From an uncultured Verrucomicrobiae bacterium (GTDB lineage: Bacteria > Chlamydiota > Chlamydiia > Chlamydiales > Rhabdochlamydiaceae): a DNA stretch of 64,000 bases. The translations under genes and the position numbers were made by a program. This document shows positions 40,856 to 50,968 of the stretch, in pieces. The number at the start of each line of letters is the position of its first letter. Positions within the stretch are counted from its first letter, which is position 1. The notes under the pieces were generated by a model that saw only the letters and a program-made list of their open reading frames with translations, searched no databases and was not told the DNA's origin. The stretch spans positions 448,001 to 512,000 of the forward strand of contig OY970364.1 in assembly GCA_963718565.1 (NCBI GenBank). The letters are read 5' to 3'.

Positions 40856-42997
40856 GTGCGACACGAGGCTGTCCACGAAGTTGCTTAGCAATAAGCCATC
40901 TGTACTACCAGATGAATCTAGGGGTCTGAATAAAGAGCGATCCTGACAACGTAGTGAAAGACCGAAAGGTTTGGGGAACGAATTGTAAAACAAGGTCCCT
41001 CCTGCAAACCACAAGGCGGGTGAGCGCTAGATAGTGAGTAAGGCGAAAGAATTTGAATCCGTGTTTAAAGATCGTTATGTGTAACAAGCGAAAGTGGTTG
41101 CTACGCTTGAGCCAAAATGGCAAGGAAACGAGTGAGACACGAACTGAATATGTCCACGTAGTTCAATGTTTCCCGGTTGAGAGCGGGCGCCTAACCTCAC
41201 ACATACTTCAAGGATGGAACGTGGAAACCTCATATTGCTCCGTTTTTTTTTGAAAGCGAAGACATCTCGTAAGAGATGTCGACAACAATATGAGATTGAG
41301 ATGTCGGAAGAAGCAAATGTCGATCTGTAATGGGTCGAATATGGGTTGAAATATTACCCGACGCGAAAGCGAGCCCACGTCTGACGGGTCTTTCTTTGTG
41401 AGAGAAATTGTAGAACCATTGAAACGGAGGAAAGCAAATGACAGCATTATCAATGGCTGGTGCACCTTCGGCAAAAGCTGCAAACTGGAAACTCATCAAC
41501 TGGGTCACAGTGCAACAGCAAGTACGAAGGCTGCAACTGCGTATCGCAAAGGCTATAAAACAAGGACGTCATGGTAAAGCCAAAACTTTGCAATGGCTCC
41601 TAACACATTCATTCAACGCCAAACTCTTGGCAGTAAAACGAGTCACACAAAACAAGGGCAAAAACACCCCAGGTGTGGATCGTATCATTTGGAGATCTCC
41701 AAATCAAAAGATGCAAGCAGCGAATTCGCTGAAACGGAGAGGATATAAATCCCTTCCACTAAGACGAATTTATATTCCCAAAAAGAACGGAAAGTTAAGG
41801 CCATTAGGAATACCCACAATGACAGATAGAGCCCAACAGGCATTACACCTGCTGGCTCTCGAACCCGTTGCGGAAATCCAAGCCGATAAGAACTCTTACG
41901 GTTTCAGGCCAAAACGATCAATCCATGATGCCATTCAACAATGCTTTATCGCATTGGCACACAAGGCGTCCTCCGGATACGTCTTAGAGGGCGATATCAA
42001 GTCATGTTTTGATAAGATTTCCCACGAGTGGATGGAAAAGAATACCCTCATGGATAAATCGATATTACGACAATGGCTAAAAGCTGGCTATATAGACAAG
42101 AACGTTTTTCATCAAACGGAGGACGGCACCCCACAAGGGGGATCGCGTCACCCACGCTAGCCAACATCGCATTAGACGGTCTTGAAAAAGCCCTAAAAGC
42201 GATCAGCAAGCAGAGCGACAAAATCAACTTTGTGAGATATGCCGATGATTTCATCTGTACGGCTGTATCCAGAGAAATTCTGGAGCAAAAAGTGCAGCCC
42301 ACAATCATCAAATTCCTACAAGAACGTGGCCTAGAACTCTCCATGGAGAAGACTAAAATCACGCATATTGATGAAGGGTTCGACTTTCTCGGTTTCAATT
42401 TGCGGAAATATAAAGGAAAACTCCTAATTAAGCCCGCCAAGAAAGGAATCAAAACCTTTCTAGATGGACTCCGAGAAACTGTACAATCTAACCGCGCTTG
42501 GTCGGCAGAGCAATTGATCCAAATCCTAAATCCAAAGATCATAGGATGGGCCAACCACTACCGATACAGCGTGGCCAAGGAAACTTACAGTTATATAGAT
42601 AAAAGTGTCTTCTGCAGTATTTGGAGCTGGTTAAAAAGAAAACACCAAAACAAAAGTAACTCATGGATCCGAAACAAGTACTACACTCGAATCGGCCTGA
42701 GAAACTGGTGCTTCTTTTCAAGGAAGAAGAACAAGACTCCGAAAGGAGAACACGTGATCTTAGCCTCAGCTTCCGACACACGCATCAAAAGGCATGTGAA
42801 GATTCAAGCTGAGGCAACTCCCTACGACCCAGAATACCAAGAGTATTTTCGTAAACGCGATCACTTGCAAAGAATGGTGAGAAAATATAGCCGGGCTAAT
42901 AATCAGGGCCTTAGAAAGGCTTGAGCCGTATGCGAGGAAACCCGCACGTACGGTTCTTAGAGGAGCTGACCACAGTAATGTGGTCGGCTTAATCGAT
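40856..42997 (+). mobile_element. Group II intron (probably IIB / chloroplast-like class)
   Basis: 5' GTGCG at 40856; domain V GAGCCGTATGCGAGGAAACCCGCACGTACGGTTC at about 42923-42956; domain VI and AT 3' end at 42996-42997; excision rejoins GGC|CAT in frame. Confidence 0.93.
41438..42924 (+). pseudogene. ltrA: Intron-encoded reverse transcriptase/maturase with a one-base frameshift; no HNH endonuclease domain
   Basis: LRPLGIP, YGFRP, EGDIKSCFD, GTPQGG then a frame change at the G5 run 42137-42141, then VRYADDF, GFDFLGF, LNPKIIGWANHY. Confidence 0.92.
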
Positions 42998-43359
42998 CAT
43001 GGTGAAAACAACCTTCACACTATATTTGCTTTTTTTCTGTATTACGTTAAATCTTGGACGGATTTATTCGGAGCTCTAACACCGAGCTTTAAAGGTGCTA
43101 CTCTGGGAGTGGACACCTCCTAACAAGCGAGCTTGAGGAGGACCCTGGTTTTTGAGCGTATATAGATCTGACGGTGTTCGTAGGCAAAGGTGCTGGCGGT
43201 GTTGTTTTGTCAAAAACATTCTCATATCTGCGGCAAAGCCGCATTTCTCTCAGCTCCCGCTTCTAGCGGGAGCTGCTGATTGATTTAAAAGTCCTTGGCT
43301 TTTTCTGTAAGCAAATATTAAATTAGATGCTGTCTAACTTTTAACCCGTGGAGGTCATT

Positions 43360-43839
43360 ATGTCAGTAGAATTAGATGTCGATGCAGCATGCGAAGTCGG
43401 TTTTTTCAACTTTGATTCTCTCGAAGAAAAGAGCGAATCTCAATCTTCTAGTTTTCCTGATTCGATTTTTGTTCCCCCATACTACCCTACACAATTTTCG
43501 AACATGGTATCTCTTAATCTTCAAACAGAGGAATCTCAAAAAACCCATGTTCTTGTCGCAGGCCGCCTTGAGAACAAATTGGTCAAATCCGGAAATACTG
43601 ATAATGATAGAGGATGCAGAGCTGAAGATTTTATAATTTTGTGTGGTCATAAAGAAAAGGGGACTATTGAACACGAAACTGACGACAATGGGAATTCAAG
43701 GACAACAGCGAGTGGGAGTTTCAAATATGAAAACGGTGATTATTATGTTGAAGGCGAAGTTTGGGTAAAGCAATCTAATGAAAATGGACAATCAAAAACT
43801 GAAGGTGGGGCGGAAGTTAAGGGCGGAAAAAAATTCTAG
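43360..43839 (+). CDS. Hypothetical protein: acidic/Ser-rich N-region, Gly-rich beta-strand C-domain ending in Phe
   Basis: ATG at 43360 after GGAGG; 159 aa. Confidence 0.75.
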   Translation: MSVELDVDAACEVGFFNFDSLEEKSESQSSSFPDSIFVPPYYPTQFSNMVSLNLQTEESQKTHVLVAGRLENKLVKSGNTDNDRGCRAEDFIILCGHKEKGTIEHETDDNGNSRTTASGSFKYENGDYYVEGEVWVKQSNENGQSKTEGGAEVKGGKKF

Positions 43840-43940
43840 GGAGCGTTTTCAAAAGATCTGTACTGCGCCCAGTCTAAATAAAAGTGTAATTTTCCTCCTT
43901 GAAAAAAGGAGGAAAATTATGAGTCGAAAAGTGAATAATA

Positions 43941-44795
43941 ATGAAAAAATATATTTTGCATTTTAGTGTCGTCTTTTTGGTGCTGTTTAGCTTTTTTTTA
44001 AAAAAGCATTTTCATTCAAAACCCACTTATATTCGACTGCTCGCCCAATGCGGACAGTTCAAAATCCCATTCATTGAAGTGGGAATTCAGGGAAAGACTT
44101 ACCCATTCAAAGTCAACTTAGGGTGGACCCGATCTCCACTTTATCTCAGTAAAGATTTTTTGTCTGGAATGGATAAAAAGCGTAATGGTGTTGTAAAAAT
44201 TAATATTGATGGGGAAGAGGTTGAATTCCCATGCTATTTACTTCCAGAAATTAAAATCGGAGACTTGATTTTCAAGGATCTTTCAGTGATGGAAATTGAC
44301 CGTAATGGTGAAAATCCTTGCAAAGAGGGCCAGTTAGCATATTTTGGCCTTAAGTTTTTCGAAGAACAAAACTTATTGTTAGATTTTGCAAACTCAACAA
44401 TGATTTCATGCAATGATCTCAAAAAGCTAAAGCAAATTGGATATTCCATCGAAAAGATGATTAAAACTCCTTGCGAAATTGGAAGGGATGGCATAATTTT
44501 ATCAGTTTCCACAGACATCGGATTAGTAAGATTAGATGTTTCTCCAGTAAATACTTTTTCTTTAATAAGGTCGGATCTCGTACAAGAAAATGCCACAAAA
44601 GATGGGCCAATTGGGTTGTCACTCGTTACTACTTCATCCTTCGCCATTGGAGAAAGAAATTTTGGAGTACGGGATTTATGTCTTTATGATCTTTCTCCAG
44701 AATCTTATGGTGCAGATGGATGTTTTGGAATGGATTTTCTTTTAGATCATGTTCTTTATTTTGATTTTAAGAATAAGGTTGCTTACATTGATTGA
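43941..44795 (+). CDS. Double-domain retropepsin-like aspartyl protease homologue, catalytic Asp residues lost
   Basis: N-terminal TM/signal; collinear with the next gene; NLG in place of DLG and SPV in place of DTG; DGCFGMDFL. Confidence 0.75.
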   Translation: MKKYILHFSVVFLVLFSFFLKKHFHSKPTYIRLLAQCGQFKIPFIEVGIQGKTYPFKVNLGWTRSPLYLSKDFLSGMDKKRNGVVKINIDGEEVEFPCYLLPEIKIGDLIFKDLSVMEIDRNGENPCKEGQLAYFGLKFFEEQNLLLDFANSTMISCNDLKKLKQIGYSIEKMIKTPCEIGRDGIILSVSTDIGLVRLDVSPVNTFSLIRSDLVQENATKDGPIGLSLVTTSSFAIGERNFGVRDLCLYDLSPESYGADGCFGMDFLLDHVLYFDFKNKVAYID

Positions 44796-44835
44796 TTTCG
44801 AAACGCACAATAATCGCTGGGAATAGTTATTCAAG

Positions 44836-45813
44836 ATGAAAAAACGTGAGCTGTTAAAGATAAGCGTTTTTGTTCTTTTGCTATGCTTATTGACAAGTTT
44901 TCAAAAAGTCACAGCGACGACAGAAGGTTTATCAAAGTCTAATCAAACTCCAACGTTCTTTCAAAAGATTTGTGATTTTTGTCTATCATCATTTCCATTG
45001 ACGCGCAATGAGGTTTTTATCCCAATGGTATTTGGCGGCAATGGCCATCCGCTAATCCAGATGGAAATCGAAGGAAATATCTACCCTTTATCAATCGACT
45101 TAGGATCTTATGCTCAAATGAGTATAGATAAAGAAGTTTTAGAAAAAATAAAAAAAAAGCCATACGGCTTGGCAAAATTTAATGATTTTAAGGGGAATAA
45201 TTATGTGTCGCCAAAGTATCTCATTCCAGAAATTAGAATTGGGAATACAATTTTTGTAGAAGTAATCGCTGCAGAAGAAAATGAAGATTTTAAGAAAAAC
45301 ACTGTCCTATGGGATAACCCTGAATCTACCTCATCAAGGCTTGGTGGGAAGATGGGTAGAGCTTTATTGAAAAGAAATACCAGTCTTTTATTAGACTTTC
45401 CCAATTCAAGGGTAGCTTTTATTGAAAATCCGCGTTTACTCAAAACAGTGAGTTTTTCAGAAGATTCCCTGGCTATTCCGTTTGAATACACATCTTTTGG
45501 AATCACTTTAATGGTTAACACGGACTTAGGAGTAAAAAGAGTTTTTCTCGACACAGGATGCACTATAAATGCCATTAGAGCTACTCAATGTCAAAATTTA
45601 GAATGCCAAATTGATCGAAACGGTTTGCCCTATTTTATGAGTTCGCAATTCAACATAGGCAATAAGAGTTTTGGCAAGATCCAATTATACCCTTTGGATA
45701 TCGCAATAGGAATAGATGAATTCGATGGAATTTTAGGCATGGACTTTATGCGTCATCATACATTTTATATCGATTTTCAACACAAAGTGCTCTATATTGA
45801 TAGCATCCTTTAA
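44836..45813 (+). CDS. Double-domain retropepsin-like aspartyl protease
   Basis: Signal peptide; SIDLGS and FLDTGC motifs; DGILGMDFM psi-loop motif. Confidence 0.85.
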   Translation: MKKRELLKISVFVLLLCLLTSFQKVTATTEGLSKSNQTPTFFQKICDFCLSSFPLTRNEVFIPMVFGGNGHPLIQMEIEGNIYPLSIDLGSYAQMSIDKEVLEKIKKKPYGLAKFNDFKGNNYVSPKYLIPEIRIGNTIFVEVIAAEENEDFKKNTVLWDNPESTSSRLGGKMGRALLKRNTSLLLDFPNSRVAFIENPRLLKTVSFSEDSLAIPFEYTSFGITLMVNTDLGVKRVFLDTGCTINAIRATQCQNLECQIDRNGLPYFMSSQFNIGNKSFGKIQLYPLDIAIGIDEFDGILGMDFMRHHTFYIDFQHKVLYIDSIL

Positions 45814-46202
45814 CCTTTCATCCACATAGCGAAGGTGGTCACGTAGAGCTGGCAATGGCTAATGGATATCAGGACGGAAGTGCCTTTGAGTTTCTTTTCC
45901 AAAGCATTGGAGAAATAGACAGAAGGTTTGCCGCTGCTTTCATTGAGGATCTCGATGTCTAGCCACGAGGCATGCTCGCCAAAGCCTGTGCCTAATGCTT
46001 TAACAATGGCTTCTTTTGCAGAAAAACGGCCCGCAAAGTGGGGAACAGGGTCTTTGTGTTTCAAACAATAATCCTGTTCCTTTGTGGTAAAAAGACGAGA
46101 GATCAAACGCAATCCATAAGTATCGATACTTTTACGGATGCGCTCGATCTCGATAATGTCGTTTCCAATTCCTAGAATTTGTGATTTTTCAGCGTTCATC
46201 AT
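45810..46202 (-). CDS. acpS: Holo-ACP synthase
   Basis: GIGNDII, FSAKEAIVKALGTG, ISISH. Confidence 0.96.
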   Translation of the reverse strand: MMNAEKSQILGIGNDIIEIERIRKSIDTYGLRLISRLFTTKEQDYCLKHKDPVPHFAGRFSAKEAIVKALGTGFGEHASWLDIEILNESSGKPSVYFSNALEKKLKGTSVLISISHCQLYVTTFAMWMKG

Positions 46203-47274
46203 TCAAATCTTCATCTTCATCGTATTCTTCTTCAGAAAGATTTTCTTCGTCAATGGCATTACAGAAGATCATTCGGCCCGAAGTGGTGTGTTTGACCGAA
46301 AGCACTTTGGCATCGATGATCTCTCCAATATAATTGCCCCCACCATTGACGACAACCATTGTTCCATCATCGAGATAACCTACTCCTTGGCGCGGCTCTT
46401 TTCCATAGCGCTGGATCTTAATTTTGATGTATTCGCCTGCCTGCATCAGCGGCTTTAAAGCGTTAGAAAGCGTGTGAATGTTGATGACGCGAATCCCTTC
46501 GATAGATGCCATTTGGATCCGACTGATATCGGCAGTGAGCAGATTGGCATCGAGTAAGCGTGCTAACCGAAGCAATTTCCCTTGAGTGTCTTTGACATCA
46601 GGAAAGTCAGTGTCATTGAATCGGAGTTCGAGTTCAGGAATGGCTTCAAGCTTTTTGATCACTTCAAGACAACGTCGCGCTTTAGATTTAGAGAATTCAT
46701 CGCCAATTTCTGAAAGTGCATAGAGCTCTTTGATGACAAAACGGGGGATGACAAGCTGATGATCTAAGAGCCCTGTGGCCGCAACATCGATAATTCTGGC
46801 ATCGGCAAGAACGGAGCTATCGATGATCAGATCTTTCTTTTTTTCTGTTGTAGGCGAGAATTTGACAAAGGGAATACTGACATAGAGCTCATCCGATGCC
46901 CTCAATGTCATAATTGTCCCGAGATATGTGCCGAAAAGAAACAGAGCGATTTTGATGATTTCGAGCGTCTGCGGCTGTAAAATGATCGAAATGCGGCTAA
47001 TTTCAAGGATGGCGTCGAAGACCAAGACAAGAGCTTGGCCCATTAAGTATCCGATGAAAATCCCGATAATGGCAATGTTGAATGAGCGCAGATTAAAGCG
47101 TTTGAATGTGAGATCAAAGCCAATCAGTAAAAAACCAAAGATGAGTCCGAGTGCAATTCCGACCAAAGCATTCACGTGAATAGATCCTGTCGGGCTCGAA
47201 ACCATAAAGGTTGTCATGAAGAAAATGCTCAGCACTACAAAAAGTATGCGCATGAAAGTCAGAGAAATATTCAT
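46189..47274 (-). CDS. Membrane PIN/TRAM-domain protein (YacL-like)
   Basis: N-terminal TMs, IIDSSVLADAR PIN motif, GKEPRQGVGYLDDGTMVVV. Confidence 0.9.
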   Translation of the reverse strand: MNISLTFMRILFVVLSIFFMTTFMVSSPTGSIHVNALVGIALGLIFGFLLIGFDLTFKRFNLRSFNIAIIGIFIGYLMGQALVLVFDAILEISRISIILQPQTLEIIKIALFLFGTYLGTIMTLRASDELYVSIPFVKFSPTTEKKKDLIIDSSVLADARIIDVAATGLLDHQLVIPRFVIKELYALSEIGDEFSKSKARRCLEVIKKLEAIPELELRFNDTDFPDVKDTQGKLLRLARLLDANLLTADISRIQMASIEGIRVINIHTLSNALKPLMQAGEYIKIKIQRYGKEPRQGVGYLDDGTMVVVNGGGNYIGEIIDAKVLSVKHTTSGRMIFCNAIDEENLSEEEYDEDEDLNDER

Positions 47275-47507
47275 GGAGTGTCTCCTAGTTTTTTATTTTT
47301 AAAGAACGTTGTGACGGATTGTAAAAATCCCTCTCATTTTTGTCGATAAACTAAAATTTAGGTACAGGGCACAAGCAATTAAGAGATTTTTTTAACTTTA
47401 GTAAAAGTTTAAAAAATTCTTCTTAATTTCCTATGCCCTGCCCGACGCCACATCAATTCATGACGAAAACATTCACTTATGATACTGTGTTGTTTAAAAA
47501 CGTGGGG

Positions 47508-48002
47508 ATGCAAATGTCTTTGAGCAAGACGACTTGGATAGCGATTTCTGGCATAGTGTGGTTTGTCGTTGGTGTAGGACTGCTGACTCTTGGCCTTAAT
47601 TTTATCGTCTATAGAGCTCACATTGAATGCCATGAAACGACTTCGTTAATCGCTAAGATCGCCCCATTAACTGGCGGAAGGGAACAAGCCGCCTTAACAC
47701 TTATTGTCATTGGGCTCATCATCGGTTTTATCAAAGGTCGTTTTGCCCTCGCGAAAACAGTCAAACGTGTTGTAGAGCGCATCTTGAAACTGGATCCTCC
47801 CATCAAATTTTCTCAAGTTTATAGCAAGGGATATTTGTTACTCATGGTTGGGATGATTTTACTGGGCTTGAGCATGAAATGGCTGGGATTACCCGTAGAG
47901 ATTCGCGGTATGATCGATGTCGCCATTGGATCCGCATTAATGAATGGGGCCGTTGCCTATTTTCGCACCGCTTTTGCTGTGCAGCGAAAAATAGGCCCTT
48001 GA
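47508..48002 (+). CDS. Hypothetical membrane protein upstream of lgt
   Basis: About four TM segments; KGRF, IDVAIGSAL; start uncertain. Confidence 0.75.
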   Translation: MQMSLSKTTWIAISGIVWFVVGVGLLTLGLNFIVYRAHIECHETTSLIAKIAPLTGGREQAALTLIVIGLIIGFIKGRFALAKTVKRVVERILKLDPPIKFSQVYSKGYLLLMVGMILLGLSMKWLGLPVEIRGMIDVAIGSALMNGAVAYFRTAFAVQRKIGP

Positions 48003-48004
48003 TC

Positions 48005-48871
48005 ATGTTTCACTCCGCTTTATTTTCTTATATTGTTTGGAATCCCAACCGGGAAATGTTTCCTTTCAATCTTCCGCTCTTGGATCGCCCTATTTTGTGG
48101 TATGGTTTCTTTTTTGCTCTTGGTTTTTTTGTTGGGTTTCTTTGTTTGACTTATCTTTTACGCCGCTATTTTCTCTTTTTAACGCATACTCATAAAAAAG
48201 ATGCTGGGATGACCGCTTTAAAGCAGAAAGCCACAAAAACTGCTGAGGAAATGACTTTCTATGTCATCATTGGCGCCATTGTCGGATCACGCCTTGGCGA
48301 TGTTCTTTTTTATCAAAACTGGTCAGAGATCGCACGCGATCCTCTTTCTATCATCGCTGTGTGGCAAGGAGGGCTTGCATCGCATGGAGGAGCGATTGGC
48401 ATTTTAATCGCTATAGGGATTTTTGCCAAAAAAAGAAAAATGGCATACTGGCGAGCTGTCGATTTTACAGTCATTCCCACAGCCATTGCTGCCGTATTTA
48501 TTCGAATCGGCAATTTCTTCAACCAAGAAATTCTCGGCATTCCGACGATGCTTCCTTGGGGAATCCTCTTCCTCCATCCCGCAGATGGGGGTCCTATTGT
48601 TCCCCGTCATCCTGCTCAGCTTTACGAGGCCATGGCTTACCTGTGCATTTTTGTTATTCTTTTATTTTATTGGCACCGCGGCTTGCCTTTTAAAAGAAGT
48701 GGGAAATTGACGGGTCTTTTTTTAGTGCTTGTTTTTTCTGCGCGTTTTTTTATCGAATGGATTAAAGTTGAACAAAGCGTACATATTTCGAAAGGCTCTT
48801 TCCTCACGATGGGACAGTGGCTCAGCATTCCCTTTGTCTTGTTGGGTCTTTGGCTATTATATCGGAAGTGA
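48005..48871 (+). CDS. lgt: Prolipoprotein diacylglyceryl transferase
   Basis: WYG, WQGGLASHGG, RIGNFFNQE, RHPAQLYE. Confidence 0.96.
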   Translation: MFHSALFSYIVWNPNREMFPFNLPLLDRPILWYGFFFALGFFVGFLCLTYLLRRYFLFLTHTHKKDAGMTALKQKATKTAEEMTFYVIIGAIVGSRLGDVLFYQNWSEIARDPLSIIAVWQGGLASHGGAIGILIAIGIFAKKRKMAYWRAVDFTVIPTAIAAVFIRIGNFFNQEILGIPTMLPWGILFLHPADGGPIVPRHPAQLYEAMAYLCIFVILLFYWHRGLPFKRSGKLTGLFLVLVFSARFFIEWIKVEQSVHISKGSFLTMGQWLSIPFVLLGLWLLYRK

Positions 48872-48878
48872 TTCACAT

Positions 48879-50750
48879 TCAGAGAGTTTCTCTTAGGACA
48901 ATATCTGCTTGTTGCTTATCGAAGGGGATGAGAGGAGTGGCCTTGCGGACAATTTCCTCGAGCTGATGGACCAAATGCTCATGATCTAAGGTCTGTCCAG
49001 AAAAAAGCAGTGTACAAGAATGCCACTTGAGAAATCGGTCAAAGGAAGATTCTTCATGCGTACCGAATAGGTTATACCATGCGTATTTATAAAGGACCAA
49101 AGATCGAAGTGCCAATTGTCCTGCGTATAAAGTAAGCTCGGGATAGCTTTTAAGATAAGCCTGACAGATTTCACTGACAAATGTGTGATGAGGCAAAACA
49201 GAAGGGTGATCTTTCCATTTTTGGCAAATCATTCTAAGCAGCGTGCTTTCTGGATCGAGGCGGATCCATCGGCACAACATATCCCCCTGGATGGACCAAA
49301 TGTGGATCTTTTTCTCGATTTCATTCCATTGTTTGACTTGAACGAGATCTTTTGTTCGTTTAAAAAACTGCACAGTATGCTGAACAAGCGCTGAAAATGT
49401 GTGATTAGGATTTTCAATCATAATATTGGCAATTTCTTCTTCGATTCTTTGGCCGATTCGGTAGGGGAGTTTTTCGAGAAGTCCTTCGGTTTCACTTAAA
49501 GATTTCCAAATGACAATTTCTAAAATATCATTGTCTTTTCCTTGGAGAATGGGAAGTAACGTTGCTTCCTTGTAGGCTGACCAGATTGTTTCAGCGACAT
49601 AGGCAGGTGCGCGGCAAAATTCTTCGCTTTTCATGAGGACGAGTTCTGCGGAGATAAAGGCGTAGAGAGCCTGAGGCAGGTCTGGACGATCCTCGCCCTG
49701 CTGAGGATAGATCGCAAGTACAGCTTTTTTAAGGGTGCTTTCAGAAAGTGCTTTCGGTAAGTTGGCAGCTAGGGTGTAAAGGGCGATGATGCGACGGACT
49801 AGCTCGGAAAGCTGGGGATGTGGAATCGCGACCTTGCATAAGGACGTATGCCTTCGGGTGAAATTATTGATGGCATTTTTTTGATCGGAGAAAAACAGTG
49901 CGTGAAATGCTGAAGACGCATACAGCTTTTCGGCTAGCAATGCAGAAATATTGCACTGCAGACGGTCCAGGGAAGAAAAACTCGGGAGTTCGTGCAGTGA
50001 AAACAGAGTTTCTTTTACTTTGTGCTCAAGCTCGTTGAAACTCATTTGAGGATCTTTGGCGGTGATCTCTAGTATCGATTTTACAATCAGGGAATCAATT
50101 TTATCATATTCATCGTAGGGGCTTTTATTGTGCTCAATCCCACCTGTAAGCAAGTGGCGTTGAACAGACCAGATTAATTTGGTCAACTGCTCGAGTTCGG
50201 GGCGGACTCCATCAATGGTTGCAATGCATTCGCTCATTTTCATCGCAAGTTGATGAGCGAAATGGCAGGGATGGATGTGGATAGGATTTTTCAGTGCTGC
50301 ATAATTCCTTAAGTTCTCTTTAATGAAGAAATGGATGTTGAGTTTGCCATCTTGAGTCACGGCCTCCTTTTGCTGCTTAATCTGCTCGGAATAATAAGCG
50401 ATTTTTTCCCAAGTTTTTTTCAAGGCAGAGGCGCCAAGTCGATATTGAGGAAACTTTTTCTGGAATTCGGGTGCAATTTTAAAGATTAAATCTTCCTGAA
50501 TTTTTAAAGACCATTTTTTTGAAGAGCCGCAATGCTGCATTTCCTGTTTGATCTGTTGAGAAAGGAAGAGATTGAGATCGGAATAAGGGTCGTAAAACTC
50601 AGGAGACTCATCGATAGAGGAAAGCAATTCAGATAAAGGATCCTCTTTATCTTTTTTCTTTTTATTAATAGCAATTGAAGCGGTAACATATTTTGAAGAA
50701 CTAGACCAGAAATTATCCGAAGATGGATGTGGTATTCTTGTTCCTGACAT
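48879..50750 (-). CDS. Hypothetical 623-aa helical protein
   Basis: Long ORF; no recognised domain. Confidence 0.75.
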   Translation of the reverse strand: MSGTRIPHPSSDNFWSSSSKYVTASIAINKKKKDKEDPLSELLSSIDESPEFYDPYSDLNLFLSQQIKQEMQHCGSSKKWSLKIQEDLIFKIAPEFQKKFPQYRLGASALKKTWEKIAYYSEQIKQQKEAVTQDGKLNIHFFIKENLRNYAALKNPIHIHPCHFAHQLAMKMSECIATIDGVRPELEQLTKLIWSVQRHLLTGGIEHNKSPYDEYDKIDSLIVKSILEITAKDPQMSFNELEHKVKETLFSLHELPSFSSLDRLQCNISALLAEKLYASSAFHALFFSDQKNAINNFTRRHTSLCKVAIPHPQLSELVRRIIALYTLAANLPKALSESTLKKAVLAIYPQQGEDRPDLPQALYAFISAELVLMKSEEFCRAPAYVAETIWSAYKEATLLPILQGKDNDILEIVIWKSLSETEGLLEKLPYRIGQRIEEEIANIMIENPNHTFSALVQHTVQFFKRTKDLVQVKQWNEIEKKIHIWSIQGDMLCRWIRLDPESTLLRMICQKWKDHPSVLPHHTFVSEICQAYLKSYPELTLYAGQLALRSLVLYKYAWYNLFGTHEESSFDRFLKWHSCTLLFSGQTLDHEHLVHQLEEIVRKATPLIPFDKQQADIVLRETL

Positions 50751-50968
50751 AATTACAAATTTTTTAACGTTGTATTTTTCTGTCTAACTCAAATCGATTT
50801 TTTTTGTCTAATAATTTTTGTTATAGTTTTTAATCGCGATTGAATTTGAAGTTTGAATGATTGAGTGAAACCGTTTTATAGATATTGTGATTTTTTAGTT
50901 AAAATTACTCTGCTGCAAATTTTTGTTGTGGCAATTGTTTGCAAAGGACGTACCTTATTTCTGATCCT

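Larger units (their letters stand above)
40312..43278 (+). mobile_element. Internally deleted IS (ISNCY-like DDE transposase) hosting a group II intron
   Basis: IRs CAGTAATTCCCGCT / AGCGGGAGCTGCTG (11/14 match); transposase fragments at 40389-40540 (ISLSDCLMSALA), 40540-40855 (GRARWKIENETFNTLKNQGYQFEHNFG) and 42998-43123 (HGENNL...DTS*). Confidence 0.75.

Noticed and set aside
41438..42924. RT as a retron, DGR or defence RT
   Set aside because: It is enclosed by a GTGCG 5' end and canonical domains V/VI and has a maturase X domain, so it is a group II intron protein.
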